Below, piece after piece: positions 1 through 11,098 of a stretch of DNA of 32,000 bases. Both the position numbers and the translations under genes were made by a program. The stretch spans positions 386,107-418,106 of the forward strand of contig NW_008806279.1 of assembly GCF_000400465.1 (NCBI RefSeq). The letters run 5' to 3'. Origin of the DNA: Wallemia ichthyophaga EXF-994 (Eukaryota > Fungi > Basidiomycota). Each line of letters begins with the position of its first letter. Position 1 is the stretch's first letter. The notes beneath the pieces were generated by a model that searched no databases, had not been told where the DNA came from, and saw nothing but the letters and a program-made list of their open reading frames with translations.

Positions 1-1846
1 TGTACGAGCTTAAAGTGACTGGCGAGGGACTTAACAACCTCACCCTCTTGGGCACCCAGAACATGAATCTGGAACTCTTCTTCCTGGTCACGGCGGTTTG
101 TGTTGTTATGCGGCCAAGCTGTAAATTCTTCATTGGTGGAGGTCAACGGAGAGGCAACATCGTGGGTCAGAAGGTTTGTATCAGTGTCCTGGTGGTACAG
201 TTTGATGATATCACCATTTCTTAATTTCAAGTCATCCTTAGGAGCCGATCCCTCGCCTGGAAGAATCTGCCAGTAGTTATCCAAACCTCTATGAGGTATA
301 CCTGATACTATCTGACCTACTCTAGTGGTCAGAGGGTGTATTGGTGTCTCGAAAACTCGCACCTTGGCTGCTGACCCTTCCATCAGGGTATCTAAGAGGG
401 TAATATTGGAATTCAGTATGTAAAAAGTTGCTTGTGTCGCGATTTTTGAGAGTAGCTGTGTCATAGTAGAATATCTCTGAGTAACATTAGACTACTGCAT
501 CAAATTGATACATTACAACCTACCTCTACTATTTTCAAGTACTGGATTACCTTGGAGAGTCTCCTGGAATCTTGGAGACATGAATGTGTCACCTGGGCCT
601 GAGTATTTGAGTATCTTGAAGTGAGCCCAGAAGAGTGAGAGATACACTATAGCAGGGACAACAACGAGACAGAGTACACGAGCTGCAACGTGGCGAGTTA
701 CTTGATTCTGAGGAGTTGTTAGCAAGATAAAATTTTATGAGACGTGCTTACCATTGTGTGACCTCTGCGGATGTCGAGAATGTTCCATAAATCAATAGCA
801 ACGGCTACGCCGATAGTAAGGAAGGTGAAGAGACCAACCATCTTACAGCCAAGAGTCAGAGCCAGTGAGACACCGGTCAAGGCTTGCCAGAACCACCAGG
901 AAGGAGTAAATGAGCTGTAAATCGGATTAGCTAAGCAGCCTGGAAAGTTACTACGCGCTTTCTGCGACATTTAGAGAATCTCACGTAAGAATAGAGCGAC
1001 AAAGCCATGAAGAAGACGAGGGCTGCATCGAGTAATATCAAACGCGTTTGAGCGACGTGGCCATTGTCTGGATTGGAGTGAGCGTATCGACATACGAAAG
1101 TAGCTACCAACCGAAGAGCATTATCGCAGCTGAGAGAATACCGATAGCTTTAGGATAGCCGGATTCACGCATGATACCATAGATAAGAGGTATGGTGAAT
1201 GAGCCTAAGACTGCTGACAGAGATCTCATACCAACATATGGAACACCGCCTGCAGTGTAGCTATCGTTGATGTTTGTGAACTGCCAAATGTAAGCATAGG
1301 GAGGGATAGCGAGAAGAAACGCACGCGGAAATCGCCATTGAAACCAGACAAGTAGCCAGCGAGACCGTTGAGCATCTTTGCGAGTGGAGGATGAACATCA
1401 AAGTAGTACTCTCTCTTGATGTAATAAGCTGCGAACTGTGGGAGTTGTAAGGAGGTTTCCGTTGTAATCTTGGCAGACGGACTTTCCCGAAATGAACTTC
1501 ATCAAAGCTTGAAAGATCGTTAGATGTATAAGTTGACGCCAATTTTACCTACACGACTTCGCTTGGATGGTCTATTTTATGGAATCTGATTGCCAGCGCA
1601 ACGGAAGCAAGAAGGAAACCGATCACCCAGTCAACCTTTCCGGTAGCGGTGATAGTCGTAGGCGCTTTCTTATCCTTAGAAATGTAAATAAGAGCGTAAG
1701 TCTGCTCTGTCTGCCATCCTCACATAACTGCCACGAGTTGACTTGTGATCCACGGCGATTGACTGGTGTGTAAATGCCGAGCCTGAACTGTACGATTGCA
1801 GATTATCCCCAGCGGAGTTCTTACTTTTTCCGCGCTGATAAGCCAT
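1..1846 (-). CDS. PMT4: Dolichyl-phosphate-mannose:protein O-mannosyltransferase, PMT4 subfamily; 3' part runs off the window edge; about 9 introns
   Basis: Hand-spliced translation gives [83 protein letters not shown] and the MIR-domain [16 protein letters not shown] typical of PMT4. The ATG at 1846 is joined through a 49-nt intron (1723-1675); the start position is less certain than the identity. Confidence 0.92.
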
Positions 1847-1879
1847 TTGGTGGAGATGGAAGAAGCTTGAACAAACGCG

Positions 1880-3841
1880 ATGAGGAGTGAGATAGACTAT
1901 TCGGTTTATTTGGTCACAGCGAGAGATCTATTGCCAGTTGGAAAGGTGCGTCAAGATCCACCAATCAAATCCACTCTAATTCACTGCCAGCATTATCTCG
2001 AATCTCTCGAGGAGTCACTGCAGGGCGGCGTGACTGTCGTTCAGCTCAGAGAGAAGACTATTGACACTGGAGAGGTTCGTGTGTGACTTACAAGCTTTAT
2101 AGCCATAACCACCTAATTATTTCCCAGTTCATTCAAATCGCTCAATCCACTAAAGCGATTTGTGATAAGGTGCGTCATTCATCATTCGCCCGATAAGCCT
2201 AAAGTGCAGTTTAGTACAATACTCCACTCCTTATAAACGATAGGATTGATGTCGCACTCGCTATTGACTGTGCAGGCGTCCACGTCGGCCAATCCGATGC
2301 TCCCCTTGCCGTTGCTCGTAGGTTACTCGGTCCAAACAAGGTTATCGGCGTTTCTGCAGGCAATATTGATCAAGCAATAGCTGCGCAGAAAGGTGGTGCT
2401 GATTACTTGGGAATTGGTGCAATATACGGCACTCAAACAAAGGATGTATCCAATAAGATTATGGGACCAGCAGGAGCTAGAGCCGTTTTGGCAGCATTGG
2501 ACCCTCATTCACCAATCAAAACTGTCGTTATTGGTGGTATCAAGTCAGATAATGTATTGCGCGTGCTGCACGGTGTACATTTTAGGGATACAAAGAGATA
2601 TCTCGATGGCGTGGCTGTCGTCAGCGACATAGTCTCGTCTCCTAGGCCAAGGAAAGCTACAGAAAATCTAGCTCGCCTTGTCCAAGCTTTCAGGAATAAT
2701 GAAAACACAAAACCTGAGCCAGCCATTAACGACATCGATTCTGTCCTCAACAAGGTTTCAGAGATTATAAACGCAATACCAGATCAAAGCCCGCTCATCC
2801 AGCAAATGGCTAACATTGTTACGGCTAATGATCAAGCCAATGCTACACTTGCACTCGGTGCTAGTCCAGTCATGGCTGCGTATGTCCTGTTTCTACCATG
2901 TCTGTTTGTCTGACACATACAAAGCGTTGTTGGTGATCAAAAGGATCTCAATCCACACATTGGAGCACTTTTGATCAACATGGGAACCGTATCCGATGAG
3001 CAAAAGCGTGCTATGCTTGCTGGAGGTAAGTTGTGTAATTTTCTCAACCAAAACTCAAATTATATTAGGACGCTATTCGAATATTAATAAGAAGCCGCTC
3101 ATCTTCGATCCTGTCGCTGTAGGAGCCACATCATTCCGCAGGGAAACCGGGAAAGGTGGGCAAAAGGCATGAAGTCGTTAAGAGACTAACCGAAATTAGA
3201 GCTGCTCAGCCACTGGCATCCAACAGTGATTAAAGGGAACGCAGCAGAGATCGGTGCCTTATCAGGCTTAAACGAGGTTACCACGAAAGGTGTCGATTCC
3301 GTCGGACCTGGTTTCAAAGATCCGTATTTGGTAGTTCGATCCCTGGCGAACCGAGAACGTAGGTTATTATGTGCTCATACGATAAGACCTTCTGAAAAAT
3401 GTTACTGTTCAGGCTGCGTAGTTGTGATGACTGGTAAGGATGATTACATCAGTGACGGCGAACGTACAGCGAAGATATCAAATGGACATCAATTACTGGG
3501 GCAAATCACAGGATCTGGATGTGTCACGGGAACAGCAATAGCAACGTGCTGTGCAGTAGCATCAATGACAGAGGGAGATATGAATAAAGATGGAAAATTG
3601 ACCACAGGTGATCACTTTATAGCTTCGATTGCAGGGTGAGTAGTTAAGCCGCAGCGCAATTAGTAAACGGCCTAACAAAGCAAACCAATTTAGGGTATTG
3701 GCTCTTGAAATATCCGCCGAGATTGCAAGCACCCGAAACGACGTCAGAGGACCAAACACATTTAGATCAGCATGGATAGATGAAATGAGCAATTTAGACA
3801 AAATCGATTTAAGTAAAATGAGTCGTGTAATTGTTGCCTAA
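1880..3841 (+). CDS. THI6: Bifunctional thiamine-phosphate synthase / hydroxyethylthiazole kinase (ThiE-ThiM fusion); about 8 introns
   Basis: N-terminal IDYSVYLVT, GGVTVVQLREK, LLINDRIDVALAIDCAGVHVGQSD, ADYLGIGAIYGT (ThiE). C-terminal VTANDQANATLALGASPVMA, LLINMGT, FDPVAVGATSFR, VIKGNAAEIGAL, ITGSGCVTG, RGPNTFRSAWID (ThiM). Stop TAA at 3839-3841. Confidence 0.95.
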
Positions 3842-4043
3842 AAAGATCAGCTTGAAATTAATTTGAAGGTTTAAGAAGTTTTTCACGCGTCGGTCTTTGG
3901 CATGTTATGTCAGTTTTCGATATTGAAAATCACTTTCAATTAAACAAACCCATAAACACCGAAATTTCCGAAAGGGTTCGATAGTTGATATGGTGAAGCA
4001 TCCGAATCTTAGAATACAGCTAGCACACTCGAAGCACATACCC

Positions 4044-6183
4044 ATGCTTAACAATGGGATAAGTGATAACTATATGGATTTGGAAGTGAGTGGTGTGCAT
4101 TCAGGTGTACACCACTAATGTAATTACAGGCAGATGGCGTTCCTACACCTGCCTCATTATACCCACCTACACCGTTGAAAGAAAAGCACAAGCTGAGCTG
4201 GACGGATTTGGGATTTAGGACAAGCGGCAAGAAAGCAAAGACCATCCTATCTGAACAAAACGGAGTTGTTTATTCCGGTGAAATGATGGCTGGTTTGTAC
4301 ACAGGCCTGTCGAAAAGTCATACACGCCTAACACGTCTTCCGCAGTATTGGGACCTTCGGGAGCAGGTAAATCCACCTTCTTAGATGTTATCAGCAAGAA
4401 AGCCAAAGGATCTTCTGGCACTGTTGTGCGTTTTATATCTCCGCTATTATCACATATCTAATGATGGACAGATATCTTTTGACGAAGATTCGAAATTCAA
4501 CATGAGAGATTTGGCACAATACGTTGAGCAAGACGATGCTCTTATTGGCGTTCTTACCGTTCGAGAGACTGTTGTCTTCGCGGCAAAATTGAGGTACGTG
4601 ACGACATTGAATCTGCTAAACGTGACTGACATTGTCACAGCTTGCCAAAAAGTATTTCAAAGGCCGAAATGCTAAAGAGAGTTGATCTTACAATGGAATC
4701 GTTGGGCATATCCGAGATAGCCAACATGAGAGTAGGATCACCCATCCAACGTGGAATATCAGGTGGTCAAAAGAGGAGAGTGACTATAGCATGTGCAGTC
4801 GTTTCACATCCACGTATACTATTCTTAGACGAACCAACGTCTGGACTGGATAGTCAGACATCACAAGAAGTGATGCAATCAATCAAAAAGCTGGCAGTTG
4901 AGCAAGGTATTATAGTACTTTGCACGATTCACCAACCTAAATGGGAGATATTTCAAATGTTTGACCAGTGTTTGCTGCTCGCACAGGGGCAGACAATGTA
5001 TCAAGCACCTACACTCGACCTCATCAACTACTTTGACTTTCTCGGTAAACCCTGCCCTGCATACACCAATCCAGCAGATCATGCAATTACACTAGTAAAT
5101 ACGGATTTCTCAAACAAGTCATCGGGATTCGATAGCGAGAATTACTTGAATGGATTGTCACAGAAATGGAAGCTTTATTCACGGAATGGATCAATTAGCT
5201 CGAGTTTCAAGGAAGATTATTTGGATTCGCATGCGACACCAGCGGAATCATTTACTTCTAAGTCAAATTCTGGTTCGGGCCTTGCATTAAAATCTTCAAA
5301 AACAAATTTTTCCGACTGGTGCTATAAAGTAGCGGTATTGTGTCATAGATCACAGCTCAACAGTCAACGTAATCTTCTGGCGTATGCAGCGAGAATGATT
5401 ATGTATGTTTTGATGGGGTTGCTTATTGCCACAGTTTGGCTGCACCTTGGAACAAGTTCAGACAAAATGAACGAAAGATTGTCGGTACACTCGTTTGCTG
5501 TGACATTCATTTCATTTATGAGTGTCAGTGGGATACCATCCTTTTTAGAAGAAAGGATGGTTTACGTTAGGGAGAGGGCTAACGGTTTATACGGACCTTC
5601 AGCATTCTTGATTAGTTCAACGCTTATAACAATTCCATTTGTGTTTGTTTGTTGCACATTGTTTTTGTTGATCATTTACTGGGCAGTTGATCTTAACTCT
5701 GGAGTTGATGTTTGGTTTAGGTTCCTAGCTTACTACTTTTTAACTTCGTTCGTTGCGGAGTGCCAATCGGTTCTGATAGCAACAGCGATTCCTGATAACG
5801 TTGCAGCGATAAGCCTAGGATCGTTCATCAATGGATTTTGGATGTGTGTTCAAGGTTATTTCATACGAGCGCCAAATCTGCCAAAATTTTACTACTATTT
5901 TGTGCACTGGATATCATTCCAAACATACGGATTTGTTCTTAGTACAAAAAATGATTTGGAGGGTGTGTTGTTTAGCTGCACTCAAAATTCAGATGGAAAA
6001 TGCCAATGCTCGTATCCTTCGTCACTTGAAGATCAAGGTATTTGTGCACTTCCTGGAGAAGATATTTTAGGATATCTTGAGATTAGGGATAAGAATAAGA
6101 TATTATTCGCTTTCGCAATGTTGATCATTGCTTTCGTTTATCGTGTTTTGTTTTACGTTGTCTTACGTATGACGAAAAAGTGA
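4044..6183 (+). CDS. ABCG-family half-size ABC transporter (NBD-TMD, white-like); 4 introns in the 5' part
   Basis: Walker A GPSGAGKST, signature GISGGQKRRVTIA, Walker B LFLDEPTSGLDS, H-loop CTIHQP, NPADH, then a hydrophobic TMD with ERMVYVRERANGLYG. ATG at 4044 joined via a GTGAGT intron. Confidence 0.93.
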
Positions 6184-6259
6184 AATCTCACATGTACGTT
6201 TTTTAACAACTCGTTATGACAATATTTATGTATTTATCACCATTTATCGCTTATTATCG

Positions 6260-6840
6260 TTATGTTACAAATTCATATAGCTCCTCATCTTTATTGCTCA
6301 AATCTCTTTTAAGACTTAAATGGATTGAAGTACGTTTAATTGAAATGACGAGAAATTCCAACTTTGGTATTTGAGCTAAAACTAAATTGATACGTTCAGA
6401 GTTTAATATGTCATCTGGTTCAGTCTCTGTGAGTTGCAACTCAAAATATTTGTTCTGTCCATCTGGTGTGTAGGTTACACTTGGAATGAGTTTAAGTAAA
6501 TTCTGTAGTAAATTGTTAAAAACGAGCTCTTCTTTGAGTGTAGAGTATCTAAAAGTTAATCTACGGATGTAATTTGCGTTGACTGATGAATTTTTGAGTG
6601 TATGTGTGAGATTAGAGACAGCAGAACGAAGTTGGTGGTTAGAGTAGTGCGTAAAATCTGCTAAACAAGTTTATATGATTAAAAAAGCTGTGCACCCCAC
6701 CCACCGATAGAATTATATAGATGATCAACTCCTAAGGCGTATAAATGCCGGGTGGTTTTGATGACATTGACAAGATCGCTGCGTTCGAGGTGGTGTATGA
6801 TGGGAAGGAGCAATTCCGGGGGTAGATTGGAGATGCTCAT
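6260..6840 (-). CDS. Small F-box domain protein (~178 aa), absent from the ORF track; intron 6704-6661
   Basis: Exon 1 MSISNLPPELLLPIIHHLERSDLVNVIKTTRHLYALGVDHLY matches the F-box consensus (LP.E....I...L...DL......R). A 44-nt GTGGGT..TTTAG intron joins it in frame to a 401-nt open exon ending at TAA 6262-6260. Confidence 0.8.
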
Positions 6841-6910
6841 GAAGTGAGTGAGTGAGAGAGAGGAGTTGAAAGTGACTAAAATATGATTCCCAATGAAGAA
6901 TAAGGAATGA

Positions 6911-7468
6911 TCAGCTGGTTTCTAGCATTTCTGCTGCCAAAGAAAAAGAGTTAGTTTGAGTGGATTTGTCGGATGCATCAAGGCACTTTTGTTGTTGATG
7001 CTGGTGATACTCCTGTTGTTGTTGTTGTTGTTGCTGCTGCTGTTGTATCCATTGCATCATTGCCGTATTTATCTCCAATTGACGATTAGATAGTGCTTTA
7101 ATCTCATCCAACATTTGAACATTAAATTTACTCTGTTCAATGGCAGATAAATGTAAACGCCTGTTGAGATCATCTGCGAAAGAGTAGACTGTGATATCAA
7201 GTCAGTACATCTACACACGGGTATTCAATAAACTACCGAGATTCCTTGTATTGAATAATTCAGATTGTCTGTCAGTTTGAATCTCTTGATAAATGTTAGT
7301 GAGAGATGTGGGTAGTGTGTTTAGGATGTTGTGCATCTCCACCAACAACGCCTTTAAATGAGTATCGACGCTGTTGCTGTTGCTAGATCCAGAAGAAGAA
7401 GATGGCTGTGTAAAAGCATCTGTATCGCTTCTTGTGATTGAATGAGTGAGTAGTGAGTAAATGGACAT
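6911..7468 (-). CDS. Hypothetical protein (~169 aa) with Ser-rich N-terminus, helical segments and a polyQ tract; intron 7236-7189
   Basis: ORFs 7468-7211 and 7114-6911 join in frame through a 48-nt GTAGTT..TACTGAC..CACAG intron. No family recognised. Confidence 0.55.
7010..7047 (-). repeat. CAG/CAA trinucleotide repeat encoding polyQ
   Basis: (TGT/TGC)n run on the + strand; translates as QQQQQQQQQQQEYHQHQQQ. Confidence 0.85.
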
Positions 7469-7544
7469 GATAGGTGTAAGCGAATAACGAGTGAATTAAT
7501 TAGAGAATCAAAATTTTATTTATAATTCAGACAGAATCTAAGTT

Positions 7545-7848
7545 TTAATGGAAAGCGCTGATGCGTTTGTTAGATGGAGTCATCATAGTAAACTAGATTC
7601 AACCCACCCGTGATACCAGGCAGCGAAGAAGGGAGTACCAAGTCCTATCGCAGATACGATTGTAAGTTTGACACCGAATCCACCGCCTTTAGTTTTGAAT
7701 GGCATTGTCTGGTGTGTGTTATGAGATAATTGAGTGATTTAAAGCCAGTTGTACTAACTTCATTGACTTTATTTTCAATGTGGACTGTTCTAACGCCTCT
7801 TGGTGCTTTGGCTATTTGTCTAAGTGCTGGGCGTGCAATTATGCTCAT
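7545..7848 (-). CDS. COX8: Cytochrome c oxidase subunit VIIc (yeast Cox8), ~67 aa; introns 7758-7709 and 7607-7558
   Basis: Arg-rich presequence MSIIARPALRQIAKAPRGVR, then VHIENKVNETMPF and a single TM segment ending GLGTPFFAAWYH, as in the COX7C family. Both 50-nt introns have plausible splice signals. Confidence 0.8.
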
Positions 7849-7969
7849 GGCTGTTGGTGGTTCAAGTTAGAGAGGGTGTTTGATACATCCCACGCAGAAC
7901 ATAAGCAAATCACATATACAAAGTAGAAATCTCATATATTAACTTAATTTAACTAATTCTCATCTTCTA

Positions 7970-8683
7970 ATGCAACTTCCAACTGATCACGACGCGCAGA
8001 CATCAAGTTATCCCAACCACCCAAATTTCCCCAGTTTCCCTGGAAAAGTGAGCTATTTATTCATCTATGGGATTTTACAAACATTTATTTCAGACTCTTG
8101 TCCATGGCAGAGCAACACATACTGCAAAACAAGCTGCAAAATATAAGCGTGCTTATCTGATAATTAGAGAGAGATGGAATGAAACTCAGCATGAAACTGT
8201 TGAAATTAAGGAAAACATACGTAAAGCTCAATCAGCGTTGCAGGAAGTTGAAGATGAGAATGAGTGGGTTTAGATTTTTATCTCACTTTTTATCTCACTT
8301 TTACAAGTGTTTTACTTGAAGCTTTGCTTAAACATCAGCCTGGTTTGGGTCAGTCTAGCTTGTTTGATGGGGGGCAATTGGAGCAGCAGCAGCAGCAGCA
8401 ACAACAACAATCACCACAGCCACAAACACAATCCCCACAACACCCACAACAACCCATCAAACAAGAAGACCCCCACTATCCCCAGAATCAGGACATTTAT
8501 AACCAACAACAGCAACACGAGCTAGCTTTAATGGGAAGTACAACACATCCACACCAACACATCCACCAAATACAAGATTCTATTCAGATTCAACCAACGT
8601 TATCAACTTCCAAGCGCTCAATCGATGACATTATCTCTTCTAATGATAACGATAACCAATATCTTAAACGTCAGCGTTTCTGA
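7970..8683 (+). CDS. Coiled-coil protein resembling INO80-complex subunit IEC3/INO80E N-terminus, with a Q/P-rich tail; 2 introns
   Basis: Spliced product MQLPTDHD...AAKYKRAYLIIRERWNETQHETVEIKENIRKAQSALQEVEDENDVLLEALL resembles the IEC3-type KY..K...coiled coil..END.LL motif (recognised by eye only). Ends in a basic KRQRF, possibly an NLS. Confidence 0.5.
8380..8450 (+). repeat. CAG/CAA polyQ and QP low-complexity repeat
   Basis: gagcagcagcagcagcagcaacaacaacaa followed by QSPQPQTQSPQHPQQP. Confidence 0.8.
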
Positions 8684-8718
8684 TAACCCTAAATTGTTTC
8701 TAAACTTTGTATTATTAT

Positions 8719-11095
8719 TCAACTAGCATAAGCTAATCCAGGTAACAATGCTTTGCCTGAGTCGCTACCTATTTCTGCGAAATCCGCGAATAAATCCATA
8801 TCCACTATACTCTTCATAACTAGGTATATATGTTCCCCTTTATGACTATCACTGGGTTCACACGACGAGCATAGATCGTAACTACCAGCTAGATTTACGC
8901 ATCTAAACCACTTTCCCATTACTGGTTCCATACACCTATCACAAACCACCTTGTCATGTCTGATTGTCGATAGATACTCGTTAGGTCCAGTGTGTGTATC
9001 ACTCCCATCAACTGTTTTACCTGCTGGTAAATGATATAACACCGGTATACTACCTCCCATCCCTCTCAATCCTGGTTCACGTAATTGATAATCCAATTTG
9101 AGGAAAATATGCAATGAATCGTGGAGAACGTACGACATATTCTCGCATTCCGAGCACAGATTATACTCACCAGAGCAGTGCAAACACGCATAACGCTCGC
9201 CTGTAATGTTGGTATTGCAACCATTACACCGCGTGTGATGGTTAGTTGGAGTAAAATTGTGGGTGACCACACCACTTTCCATACCACGCAACTGAGTATT
9301 TTCAGTCTGGATGGTAGGTGTACCGTTCCTATCGCTATTCCACATGCGTCTTGCGCGCGCTGATACCCTGCAGCTGAGTGAGTAATCTGAATATCTACCT
9401 TCTCCTCACCCACTGCTGCACTTCATGTAACGATAACGGCAAGGGTATTTTCATCATCACGTGCGTCTCATCATGACCATTCCCATCTGCCGCTCCGAGA
9501 CTTTCGCAGTTCTGACACAAATCGTACAGTGCACATACTGCGCAGTGAAATCGTGGTCCAATAATATCGCCCAGACAGTGATGACAGAAAACATTCTGGT
9601 GTTTACCTATGAAGTGAGTGAGTGGTGACTGTAAAATAAACAATAGCAGCCTACGATTATGCTGTGGAGTGCTTGTCGCTGCTAGAGATCCATTCGACGC
9701 AGCAGCACCAGCAGCTTGCGAGCGTCTCTCCGTCGCGCTCTCTCTTTCAGCCTGTCTCGTCTGTCTCCCCACCACAGTTTGTGGCAATTCAAGAAAAGCA
9801 TGTGAGGGGTGTATATCTCCCACACTACTCCAACATCTCCTACAAAGGTTAAGGGATTGACAACTGACGCATTTGAAATTAACTTCTAGCTGTGTTTTGC
9901 ATATAGAGCAATCTCTTTCATCACCATAATCTACTTCTATCCAACCCTGATCTGATCTAACACACTCCCTGAAAGCGTGCTTGGGAGTGTTTTCAATTGC
10001 GTGTACTGCACCTGCTCCTTCAATGCAATCCGGACAATATTCACAACTGGATACACCACAAGTTGTGCAGATGTAGCGTAAGTTATCGAGTAATTTTCCA
10101 CAACTGCTGCAAAGAGGAACGTCATTATTGATGAATATTCCATCATTTGATCCAGTAAGCGTATACCTATAAGACCCCTTCCCGTCACGCTCTAGAGCTA
10201 GAGAGACAGACTCAGAATCGAAATTTGATTGATAGTCATCTGACGTAGCTGTAAGAGTATCTGTAGCTGTAGACTCAGATGGTGCTAGCTGTGTGCCAAA
10301 TGTAGCCAAAAGTGCTCTTTCAGATTGATCAGCAAACCAACGCACTGCTAAATCACCTCTATCTGGACCATTATTAGAACCATCTGCGATTACAAGCTTG
10401 TTGGAAAGCTCAGTGGAGGTGTTGAGAGAGGGTGTAGACTCTGACGGTTTTAATGGGTTATGAGTGGCTTGAGATGCTGATTCATAGTCATCATCAACAT
10501 CACCATCTTCGTCGCGCTCATTGTGTACCTCTGGTTGCCGTTGCGTCATAGTGTCTGAGATACTATCAATCTTTGTATTGTGGTTGGATGACGAGGCTAG
10601 TGACTTTGGCTGTTTAGAAGCCATCTTCATTGCCTGCTCTTTGTACTTGACGGATAGTTTCGAGAGTGATGAACGCAGTGAGAATGACTTTTTAGTTGAT
10701 TTCTCAGAAGAGGATTGAGAGAGTGAAATAGAGCAATTATCAGCATCCTTCACGCCGTAGCTAACCGATTCAGAGGAAGAAGAAGAGTTGTATATCGACG
10801 TCGCAGCATCAGAGAGTGAAGGGCCATCGTAATCGACGAGGATTTCCAAGTTGAGAGTGATATTATCATCGCAGTCACCACCAAAATACTCCAAACACTC
10901 ATCTAAATCGTTATCGGTTTGTAGCCTAGTGTGGATCCCATCGTCATCGACGTAGACGACGCTAAAAGAGTCACTGGCTAAGGAGAACGCTTGCTGCAAT
11001 TTCAAGTTCAAGTTATGGATATTCAATGAAAGTCTATTAACATAAGTAATCTTCTTGTATTTCGCATCGAGACTGCACTTTACAATTACAGCCAT
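8719..11095 (-). CDS. PB1 domain plus five ZZ-type zinc fingers (NBR1/p62-like selective-autophagy receptor architecture); probable introns ~9654-9607 and ~9412-9367
   Basis: N-terminal PB1 (VIVKCSL...SVVYVDDDG..TRLQTDNDLDECL). ZZ motifs: CSSC..RYICTTC, CSIC..FKCVSC..NLCRRC, CHHC..IIGPRFHCAVC..YDLCQNCE, CNGC..ITGERYACLHC..YNLCSECE, CDRC..VMGKWFRCVN..YDLCSSCE. No FW or UBA domain recognised. Confidence 0.85.
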
Positions 11096-11098
11096 GGC
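11091..11098. promoter_or_regulatory. Palindromic double start-codon site GCCATGGC
   Basis: The + strand ATG (11094-11096) and the - strand ATG (11095-11093) share 2 bp. Both read gccATGGc. Confidence 0.85.

Noticed and set aside
1880-3841. TPP riboswitch in THI6 introns or leader
   Set aside because: No CTGAGA..ACCTGA aptamer core found, and the introns (~45-55 nt) are too short to hold one.
8275-8303. Short direct repeat TTTTATCTCAC x2
   Set aside because: Intronic slippage duplication with no evident function.
8684-8692. TAACCCTAA telomere-like / telomerase-template-like 9-mer; also TAACCCT near 18104
   Set aside because: Single short matches in a 3' spacer with no repeat array or supporting structure; expected by chance.
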